A DNA stretch of 64,000 nucleotides from Phoronis australis (Eukaryota; Animalia; Phoronida): contig NMRA01000210.1 of NCBI GenBank assembly GCA_002633005.1, forward strand, positions 248,001 through 312,000, given 5' to 3'. The notes beneath the pieces are model-generated. The model saw nothing but the letters and a program-made list of their open reading frames with translations, was not told the origin of the DNA and did no database searches. Position 1 is the stretch's first letter; each line of letters begins with the position of its first letter. This document shows, piece by piece, positions 49,860-64,000 of the stretch. A program made the position numbers and the translations under genes.

Positions 49860-51399
49860 AGGTTATCGGACAGTTCAATGGGTTCTAGTTGGTCTAATGC
49901 GTCGAGGAGAGATAGCTAAATTGGAGACATTGCATGGACTTCTATGTCTTATTTGATTCGAGGGAAAATCGGTTTTTCTTAAGTGGATGAACTTCTCGCT
50001 GAGGATGATAAAGATTGAAGATTCCGCGGGAGGGGTTGTTAGAAACGTACAACAACTCCGCTTGGTGTTTTGCCGTCTCCGCCGCCAGGCAGGTATTTCG
50101 GCTTCGAGATGCGTCATGCTATATTTCAGTCTCAGGCAAGTCAACAAAGGCGGTGGTGACCGATCGAGATTGGGCCGGAGGGGGCATGAAAAGTATTAGT
50201 ATTGTTTTCTGCAGGGTATTTCTATCAAAGTGTATCATATGAAATTTTTTGTTACATTATTGAAAAATAACTGACTCGAAGGTGATTGCGGCTCGGTTCA
50301 TTTTCGACTTTATTGACAATTCATTACTAGTAAAGCCACCAAGTGCGTTTACCCGAACTGTTATCGAATAATGTTGTTATTCAATCTACCAGATAAACGG
50401 TTCTATTCCCACAGGTTATTTTCCTTTTCCTACGTCACTGGTGCGTTCTTTTAAGGGTTTTTCCAACAGTTACTATAATTGGTATTTGATTTAAGCTTTC
50501 ACATTCACGGTCCTCGTTTCAAAATAATGAATAAACGTACCGCACCTTAGACAGTCTGGTAGGTTTTCTGACACTAATCTCTGTGACAGACTTTGTTTGC
50601 TTTGTAATTTGCACCCTTTTGGGGATGAAATTCATTTTCTTAGCCACTGTCCTTTTTACGAAAATTCAAGAGTTTTGTTGTTTGATAAAACCACACTTAT
50701 TCTCCCGGATTTTGACCTCTTTTAAGAGTTCTGAAGACAAACTTACTACTTTATGTAATATTTTTTGTAATGATCTGGTTAGATATATAGAAGGTGCGTT
50801 TAATAGACGATGAAATTTTCTGTTCACTTAATTCCATGGTTTTGAGCTTCATATCAAATTGTATGTGCATTGCTGCGCTTTTGTTTTGTTTAAAGTGACC
50901 AATAAACCCAGTAGGCTGGATGTTCAAGTAACACTGGTCTCTGTAATAAGACAAGTGGGCTGGGTGTTCAAGTAACACTGGCTACTGTAATACATTTACT
51001 TTCTCTATAAAGGAATAGCCTTGCAATACTTTCCAATTGACTCATACTTGAAAGTTATAGAGAACCAAAGGAATAGCTGCTAAGCCTTTCTAAATGCGCG
51101 CTGAGTAAAATTACCTCAGAATAAATAAATGATCTGCACTTAAAGCGCAGTGCAATTAGGACGAGGATAAAAATCTTTGAAACTAACTGGAATTTGGAAT
51201 CTGGATGTCTCATGGATTCCTTACTGTTTGCTTTCCCACACACTGAAGACTATAAGATGACAGAACTACAGAAAATGAGGATTTTCCCGCTTAATAACAA
51301 CGGCTGATTTTTGGCCAAAATATAAATTTAGTTGTTTGGATAGTTGTTTCCACAGACATATTACTACTGCTGTCTATAGTTGCTTCATTCTTGTAGGCC

Positions 51400-52110
51400 T
51401 AAAGTCTAAAAACCGCAGGCGACTAGAGATGTGCACTAGTAGATGTTAATAAATCTGAAAGAGAATAAAACTATTCTGCATGAAGAAATGCAAGCTTCAC
51501 ATGACCACCTTTACTTTCAAAGTGCTAAAAAATGTTAAAAATGTTTCTGTTAACAAATTATTTGATCTATTTACTGGAAAAGGCCATCGTACTTGTTTGA
51601 GATCGTCCGCCCCATATGCAATTCCTCTGTCGTTCAGTCAGGCATTCAGAATGTCTAGTTATGTTGTGCACCAGCAACTGGAATTCTCTTCCAGTCTCTA
51701 TCAAGGAAAGCAACCCATTCACTAGTAAAAAAACAATTTTAAAACTGTTTTTCATAATTTTTCAACTCAATAGCTCTGACACAGCCCGAAAACGAAATAG
51801 CATCGTACCGATCGAGAAGCGGTCTTTTCCTTAACGTCCACAAGTTTAGGTACAACTTTAGCAACGTCTTTCCAAACTGTAAATGTGGCGACCATCAAAC
51901 TTATCATCATATTTTCTTCAAATGTGCCCTGCCCTCATCGAATGCCAGAGGAGCTCACTCTTTCGTGTACTCAATGAAAACCAATTAATTTGAATGCTCT
52001 CGATTCTAAATATTTCTACTAAACTTAAATTATTATTAAATGGTAGTCTAAACTCCTACCTTTTTGTCGATGAATTCCTCTTAGGTAGTGTTAGTAAATT
52101 TTTATGCATC
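51400..52110 (+). pseudogene. 3' remnant of a CR1/L2/Crack-type LINE ORF2
   Basis: NWNSLPVSIKES and YRSRSGLFLNVHKFRYNFSNVFPNCKCGDHQTYHHIFFKC (C-terminal CCHC knuckle). Confidence 0.7.
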
Positions 52111-52864
52111 TTGTTACTTCAGATTTCCATAATAGCATGGGTAAATATTTGAATACTTAGACACCACCTACATAGTTCTATGTATACTACTTTCTTTTTA
52201 TGTACTGCCTACAACCCACATAATGCATCGCGATTTCTGAGTTAGTCATTATTTTCCTTGTATGTTCTGTGTATTCTTGAATGACTATATATCACCATAA
52301 AAATAGCGCAGTAAAAACTAACGTCCAGATAAATCACTGACACCAGGAAGAGATAACCACTCCTGCTGACACTAACTGAAATTTATTTTACTATACTTCC
52401 AAGAGGCTATATCAGGGATACTTGCTTTACATTTTTTCTACAAACTGATGAAATTATGACAGTGGAACTGCGAAAATCCTTTGATTTCTGATTCCATTAA
52501 CAAAACAAACTCAATATAGTTTTAAAGTATTGCTTTATTATTCTTCTAAAAACAACATTGTAGACAGACCAACAAATTATCAGATGCCTTTCAATTCAGT
52601 GTCAGCCCGAAGGAATGAATCCAGTGTATACTGAACAAATAGCTATATGTAACAAGTTTAAAAAATCGACAGTATTAAATTTTATCAATATAAAGTAATA
52701 AAACATAGAATCAATGTTATTTGACTAGACATAATTAAATGCACAATAAAAATCGAATTCTTAAAGACACCAATGGTAAATTTCAATCACAGCCAACACG
52801 TACTAGTAATCGTGATAGCAAAAATTATAAACAAAACCCATACATAAATGAAAGTGGAGCCATA

Positions 52865-53160
52865 TTTGACGAAATCGAACGTGACAACGAAAGCAAGAAC
52901 ACCTACAAACACAACGACACCCTTGACACCAAAGACGAGCAAGACATGGCCTGTGACGCTGGCATTAACAACAACACCGACGATGCCGTCAGCAACCCAA
53001 TGGTATTGACGGTGACACGACTACGAGGGGACAAGACAGGCAATGACAACAAGGTTGCTGCCAGTGACAACACCGAAGATGACACGACGACCCCTGCCGA
53101 CGACGACAGCAATGCTCCCACAACATTGGCGAGACGACAACAATGCCAAACCCAACAATT
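52865..53160. repeat. Decayed (GAC/AAC)n low-complexity tract
   Basis: ACGACA/ACAACA-rich sequence producing a spurious D/N/T-rich ORF. Confidence 0.55.
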
Positions 53161-55086
53161 GCAAAGATGGAGTTAATACCACATAGCAAGGCGTCAGAGA
53201 ATCTTTCAAAGGACCTGATCATTTAGAGCTGTGCAAAGCGAAAATTCGGAAAAATGGCCGTCATAGCGCTATCTTAGGTGTAATTTCACCCAAAAACAAT
53301 GGGTCAGGCTTTTAACTGGACACTTGTTTTGGTTAATTTCATGTGGATTAGATGAAAAATGCAACCTATAACTGAGATATGATAGACCAAAAAAAGACCA
53401 GAAAAATCAGTAAACAGAAGAACAATCCCCAGATTAATAAATCTAGAATAAATCAAGAATGGTAAGTCCCAGTGAAAAACATTTGGCAAGATCCAGATAG
53501 CACGTTGACCAGATCTATCCAAATACCAATACGTCAAGGGGCGTGGCAGATACTTAAAGAAATCAATCAATGACAGAGAAATCGATGGAAAATCCTGAAT
53601 AACTCAAAAACCGTAAGTTGGCGAATAATGGCATATTTCAGAAAGTTCCTGACCATATCTTGACCACATATCAAATTTCAAAAGAATCTGAACTAGAGCT
53701 CCACGAAAGTGCGAAAATATGGAAGACACAGAACAAACTTGGATGCGTTCAATTTCGCCCAAAAACAATAGGCCGGGACCTCTACGGGAGATACATGTTG
53801 TGTGTAAACAGTTTGACTAACTGCCGCCAACAAAAGAGCGGTGAAGAATCGGTCAACACCAGATAAAGATGCTTAATGGACGTGATACTTACTGGACACG
53901 GTTGAGTGATTATCAATGAATCATTTTAGACACAAAACTCGTCCCTAAAAACATTTGGCAATCTTCAACCTACTTCATATTCACATCCTCCCTATATGTC
54001 GTGTTTCAAACTAATCTGACCAAGCAATCACAGCGATAAGCAAGTTCCACCAGTCACACTGCCATCTTTGATCCAACGTCGCCCCAAAACAATAGACTTC
54101 AAGCTTTTAACAAGGTACGTGAACAAAAAATGCGATCTGTAACGTGCGTACGACCAAACAAAAATTCACGACACAGCAACAGAGTACATGTAGTATTGTG
54201 CAGCAGCACAAACCCCACAATCGTAACAGCAGCCTTTTATAATTTCGCAATAATAAAAGTTAACAAAGGACCATTTAGTGCAGGGTTCATCCCAAGACGT
54301 GCAAGTTTTCAACATCCCTATTAGGGAATTCACTGGGAACTTCTGCAAACAAAATATAAGCACTAGGCCCATTTCTTGGACCAGCTTTCGAAGCCACAAC
54401 TGAAACTTCTACCGTTCGCAGGGTTTCCAAAAATGAACATGGTCAGCAAGTGTCAAGCAGCCAGGAGGCTTTTTTGTGAGAAAAAGAACCAAGTTTATTT
54501 CAGCAGGCTTTTGGCTGATCTAACGAGCGTAACAGTACCATCGGTACCATCAGCATTCGCAGCTACATATGTTGGTCCTCATTACGTGTCGCTCTTGCAG
54601 GCATACTTTGATTTACAAGCCACCACTTTACGGGAGTATGCTCCAAATTATTTTTGGGTTACTAATTTCTAGCAGTTTCATTGTAAGGGTATATGAAAGT
54701 GAAATGTTTCCTGCATATATAATTTAAGAAAGTATAGGCCGGAACTTCAGGATTTTACTGATACTAAATATTCAAAACAAAAAATACCACAATTCACACA
54801 TAATAGTGATCACATGTTAAATGATAGTCAAACATTTAATTGCTTGGATTCAGATTTTATCAAAAAAAAAAATTTAGATTATTACGGGTAAAAAACAGGC
54901 AGATAAAAATCAAATAATAAAAGAATGGACTACATGAAGTTACCTTTCAGCAAACTCTTCCATTTCCCCTATATTTTTAAGCAGATCAGCTATTGAAATA
55001 TATAACTGTACTGCTTGCTGTGGGCTACTCCAGTCTCAGCTTGCTGTTGCTTCTGCATGCATCTGGACATTTGTAATGGCTCAAGC

Positions 55087-58388
<3,302 letters not shown>

Positions 58389-61318
58389 CTGTAATAAAAT
58401 CAGAGGACAATGGGTAGTTGGAATGCTAGAGACTTGGTGCTGATGGAAATGGATTGATTAACACAACAAACTTGCTATTTATGGTAATATGCAAGTAAGG
58501 GTTCTCCACCATGTTCACCAGAGTTGTTCTTGAATTTATCTAGAGGTTTTAACCATCAAGTATAGATACCCACACATGGTATCCATCAACAAACAAATGC
58601 GAAATGCATGTTCTTGCGTTTTTAGGCTTTGCAGTTTAGCTTTCAGATGTTATCACGTATCACCTAAAACTGATGATATAAACCATCAACAAAACATTAC
58701 AGTGTNCCTGTAGCCAAAGAGTTAAGTTTTATGGTCCTGTCATTGAGTCATGGGTTTTTTGGTTCTGCCATGGAGTTTAGTGATGCTGCAACTAGGTTTT
58801 TATATTCTGCCATCATAGTTTAAGCGGAGCGACTATATGCGATGTATCCACATCAGTCTTGTTGATTGAGACCATGACCACCATATGCTGTTATCCAATG
58901 ATTATGCTGTATGCTAATTATATGTCAGTAAATATTTGGTATTAATGACAATCATATGTATTTTTACTTGTATTGAAAAATAACATTCCCGAACTTAATT
59001 TTACTCGCCAGCCATCGAAATCAGTACATTTAAGTGGATAGTGTATTCTCTATTGAAATATGCACTGCTTTAAAAGCTCATTTCTTAATATGTATTTCAA
59101 AATCAGATGTTTTCTGTTGTATCAAAACAAACAAATCCCCGCAAAATCTGTACTAATGTCGAAGTTGATATTGGAAATTTTGTAGATTTGCACTGCTTGC
59201 TTACGAGCTCTCTGTTTTCTGACAAAACTTGCGCAAAAAAGTAAAGCGCACAGTAACCAAAATATCAAACCTGTACGACTGAATTGTGCATCCAACCTTT
59301 ACCCAAAATATAGAATTTCCTACTCAAAACCGAATGGAAATATACCCAACTGAGCTGACGTACCATTAGTTATGACCCACTGAAAAATGACCCCGGTTAG
59401 TTTTTTCACAGGTTCTAATTTTAATATGAAGAATTTTCAGCCCATGAAAAAATGACTCCACGTCCGTGAAAACCTGTCCTGTCATTATTCAATGGCTTCC
59501 CCGCAACAGGGGGTTGGGATAAGCAGACAGCATGCGTGAGAGAAGAATTTATTTTAAATTTCTCTGCTGAGGGTCACGGCAGTACGTATATCAGATTAAG
59601 GGCTGGGATGGATAGGAACTGAAATAATGTGTGGGAGCCAGGTTGATTTTTTAGTGAGCATACAGTCAATTACACAGTGTGGGGATACTACAAAACGCCA
59701 ACAAGTGCCTGCTGCTTGATCGGGGAGACTTCAGATCCGTGAGAGAGGAATACCGTGCCTGAGAGAAGAATATTTGTACGTTGGAAATTCTGAGCGAAGT
59801 ACAGTAAAGGAACTGAGTTGTGTTCTTTGCTTTTTACATTACGGCGTTCTCCCGTTGAGTCTAACTTGTTAAGTTTTATGTCACAACAAGTTGGGCAGAT
59901 GACCACTGTAGCCAATATCTTACACTGACAACTAAATAAGTCCATTCTGGCAATTAGGGTTGGAGGGTCAGCTCTCTTTTTTTCGACAATTGCTCTCAGT
60001 AATCTCCAATAAGATCGTATCCTATATCTTCACTGGGATGTGCTGTTACAAGCAAGTTATAAAATGTTTGAACATAAACCAGTGACTTTTCGGAATTGCC
60101 CATCAAATACTCACATTAAGCTTATAGTTTTTGAATCACCAAAATCGCCTAACTACAATTGAAGTTAAGACAATTTATTCTGTCCGAACGTACCAACGTA
60201 CTGGGTTTGACTGTCTTCACCTGTGATCGGTTATAAGCCTGCATGTTGTCCTACCAGACAAAAGACTATGCTCGGCAGTTAACAGAGGAGCTATCACATG
60301 CTCACAACCTCTGTACTGAACAGGAGAACGCCCTAATGAACTTTAAAACCCTGTCATTTATTAAATGACCCCAATGAGGGCATTTTCACAGTAGTTCACA
60401 TTAAATTTAGACCCCATTAAAAGCGACCCGGGTCATAGTTTAATTTAACAAAGTTACCCGGGGTCACTGTTCAACACTCAGTGAAAAGGCTAACTGGAGC
60501 ACCACAAAAGTACGTCCCGAGTGAGCGGCAAGTCTCCTGGATATAACGTATTTGCATCGAGCAACACAGATTAAATGATAAATTTGCGTGATCTTAATGG
60601 TTTCTCTTGAAAAAAATGAAAAAAATAAAATGCTCGCAGTGGATTGACAAGCGTGCAACCGCTCAGGCCACTCGAGAATCTGCCACTGGTTGCGATCTTC
60701 TAATAGTTTGACATCTTCCCTATCGACTGATTAACTGCTACATCACATGTTTTTGTATGTTTCTAGAAAAAATCACACTCTTCAGCATCTTTATTTGTTA
60801 GATATCGCGCTTTGAAAAGGACAATTTATCCTGTTTGTTTAGACGGCAATTAGTCATGTCACGTGACTACTAGCACTCTCCAATATGGCGTCAAGTTGTC
60901 AGCTGCAGTAGCGCATGTGCCCCGGTCTATAGTATTAAGATGTCTATGCATCTGACATACAACTCTTTAGCATTAATTGTGAAAGCACAAAAGCAATACC
61001 CACTCGACCCAATTTCAAATTCTGGTGGATGTGACAAGCCAAGTCGATGATGATAAACATAATTTTTTTCATCCACACGAACACTTTGCCGGGTCAGACT
61101 TTCTCGTTAAGAGTAATTGAGCATGCCACTCTCCAGGAACAGCAATTTGAAGTCGTATGAAAATTGCAAAAGAATTTTTTAAAACCACCATGGATTCTCA
61201 CTGAATTAAATCCCCACCCTAGTCGCACGTAACCTGTAGGTGACTCTAAACTCTCTCACCATCAAACAACACAGCTCATTCCAATACCCCACTGCCATAT
61301 TGCAAGATGCCCAGTACT

Positions 61319-61376
61319 ACTTAATCAGGCATTAAAGCATTGCTGAGGACTTAATCAGGCATTAAAGCATTGCTGA
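61319..61376. repeat. 30-bp tandem duplication
   Basis: ACTTAATCAGGCATTAAAGCATTGCTGA x2. Confidence 0.9.
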
Positions 61377-63359
61377 ATAAATTTTATGGTGTTATGTATG
61401 GCCTTACTGACAGGTACGTGTATTTGAATTAACATCTACACAACTCTTGCAGCGATTTTTATTGCCCATCTTTCCAGAGATTGTTATTTTATGTTTACTT
61501 ACAGTAATTATTTTACACTCATATTTCTGTAGCATTATCAGTCATAATAAATGACCTTTATTCCCGTATATACGGTCTCCTTTTTATTGCTGGAAGTGGA
61601 GCTTGGGACGCACATAAAAATATCTACAAAACTAGCAATAGTTTCCAACTCTGTCAGTAAAAGTATATATTTTTTGAAAGTTAGAAGCCTTCAGATTTTT
61701 TTTTTTGATTTTATACCCATCTGCCATTAATTGGGTCATGTGACCAGGTCTTGTTAGTGAAAATTCAGCAAAACAGGTATTGTGATACCAATGCTATGAT
61801 CAAATTTTATTTTAATTTTATTTGATATAAATGTTGAAGATGATATCTCAAAACGCTGTAAGTTAGTTTTCCAAAATATCATTTCATAACGTTATACTAT
61901 TGTGATGGACCTTCCAAAGTAGGCAGGCGGGCTGCTCCTGAAGGTCAAAAACCACTAGTCTTTCCGCTCAATTACTCTTTATTGCACTTAAATCTGACAG
62001 CGTTAAGATAACAGTTGCCTGAAGAATTAAGACGTTTGATTTCATCTTTCGCCCTTTTTGTCAACGGAGACAGAGTTCACATTCGAATTCCTCATAAAAA
62101 TTGGAGTATAGGCCTTTTTTACCACAAAAATTGGTCAAGTTTTGTGGGAGATAGCTGTAATTTGGATCAGATGATTTGATTGTCTATCCAGTATTACTAC
62201 AGGTGTCACTATTTGTTAAATAAAATGTCCTAAACCAATCAACAAAGGTACAAATTGCAGCCTGTGGGAAGATTAATTTTCGTTGAACTTGGGCGAAAAC
62301 AACAAATGCTATGATTTGTTTTGAAACTCAATAACGGTTTAATTCGCGCAGAGAACTGAGTGGTTAGCCTCCGGTTTCTACATGTGTGTGCAGATGCGCG
62401 TTATCTATAACATAAAATGGAAAGTTCACACGAAGTCTGTATCCCTGATCCACTACAGACCTTTGTTGCACCCACCTCAGCATTGCCTTTGTCCCAGGTA
62501 GTGCACCTGGCCTTTATTTGGATTCGAAGTCTTTTAGTTTTTTTTTTCGTGGGCCGTTTTTTCGCGGATGTAGAGGGAGGCTGGCCAGTTGTGTACTGGC
62601 CTTTAGCCCTGGTAACGTCAGTCAGTCAGCTAAATGGCCTGGGTGACGTCCGTCGTCGACTTAATTTCACTCCCTTCAGCATCCATTGAGTAATACATAC
62701 TTCTTCGGACCTGTCGCCGCCAAACTCGATACTAGGCTTCGCGGCAATCATCACCTATGTTTTCCCTCACTTCGCCTGTGTTTTGGTTCAATTTGCCCGT
62801 GTTTTGTCACAAGAAAATGCATTCTTTATATTTCTTTTTACCTGATGTTACGCGGGCACACCCAAGTATTTACAAACCATTCACTATGCCTTAGTACAAG
62901 ACTCAACTGTTTAAAAACAAACAAAGCCAATGTCACAGTACATGTTGGTGACCACGTGGGTCAAGGAAAGGTCAGCGGCGAAATTGTAACTAAAAACATT
63001 GTATACAAAGTAAGCTTTATAAACCAATACAATTTTTTTTTCACAAATTCTGTCCTGAGTACTGCATTTGTACACAATGATGTGTGATATTGTGCCTCAC
63101 ACTCTCGTGGTCTTCAATTCATTTACGAAGTGTGTAGAAATGTTTGCACGTCTTGGCCAAGCCATACAGGGCTTGCCACCCGTAGCATGAAAATTTATTG
63201 TGCCTCGCAACTCATGTTTTTCTTTGCTGAGAATTGTAACATGAAAATTTATGATGAGACTTTTGTAAATACACTGAGACTATTTTGTGTACAAATGCTA
63301 CTTAAGACAGATTTTGTAAAAACAGCATTTAATGTATAAACTCTCTTGTCGCACTGTTG

Positions 63360-63453
63360 CATAGACGTGTCACAGTGTCATTACATAGACATGTCACAGT
63401 GTCATTACATAGACATGTCACAGTGTCATTACATAGACATGTCACAGTGTCAT
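63360..63453. repeat. Minisatellite, 24-bp unit x4
   Basis: CATAGACATGTCACAGTGTCATTA repeated. Confidence 0.9.
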
Positions 63454-64000
63454 CGCACTTATGTAAATTTATGATTACAAACTTTTTTCATTAAGTCAGT
63501 CCTGACTGCTGCATTTGTACACAATGGTGTGTACATGTAGTACTCTCACAATTTTATTATTTTTATTGCTGAGAAATGTTTACACGTCTTGACCCAGTCA
63601 CCCTTAGTATGTACATGTACATTTATGATTTGACTAAATTTGTAAATACTTTACATACATTGTATTCAATATTGTATTTTTTAATACTTAGTTTTCACTC
63701 TTCAAGAAATATCGGTCTATTGAGAGGAACACTAATGTTCACTTAAAGGTGTAGCTATTTCCCACTAACATTTCCAATAAACTAGCTGCTACCCGGGCTT
63801 TCGCATTTGATCTCTCAAAAACAAAACAGTCACATAATTTTGAGACTTCAACTTCTCGCTAATTCTACCTCCCAAAGCAAGCATAAAAATTGACAACTGG
63901 ACTCTACATTGGACCACTGCACAAAGGCCTATATTCAAATCACTGATAAAAGCATGACCAGCTTATACTCCCTGAAACCCCTACCTTAATTTTTGCTTCA

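Noticed and set aside
52739-53176. 145-aa D/N/T-rich ORF
   Set aside because: Explained by decayed GAC/AAC low-complexity DNA; no motif or splice context
59378-60483. CACTA-like element with inverted ends
   Set aside because: Only patchy inverted similarity (TGACCCCGG blocks), no TSD
58389-64000. Upstream exons of the gamma-lyase gene
   Set aside because: No DNTF..P..GAD..H-type exon found by eye on the minus strand; the region looks intronic

Overview
Eukaryotic genomic DNA, most likely from an invertebrate animal (AT-rich, spliceosomal introns, dense transposon debris, one N-gap). No rRNA, intact tRNA or CRISPR array was seen. Three spliced genes were reconstructed by hand with phase-consistent GT-AG junctions. 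(1) A 13-exon C18orf63-like gene (+, 4716-17393, about 570 aa) with a probable U12 minor intron. (2) A 14-exon, about 2232-aa single-pass receptor (+, 29183-49859): signal peptide, three parallel beta-helix repeats, EGF, PSI-like, REJ, GAIN/GPS, SEA-like stalk, one TM and a short tail. This is the most unusual object in the window. (3) The last five exons of a PLP-dependent methionine/cystathionine gamma-lyase family gene (-, 55087-58388). Mobile DNA includes a decayed Gypsy element with a nested 122-bp solo LTR, Kolobok-type TTAA elements (one with a THAP relic), a MULE-like foldback with a 9-bp TSD, Harbinger-like MITEs, a TIR element carrying a tRNA-like segment, an Academ-like relic and CR1/L2 fragments. 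Two duplications next to Ns may be assembly or haplotype artefacts. Family assignments come from recalled motifs, not database searches.
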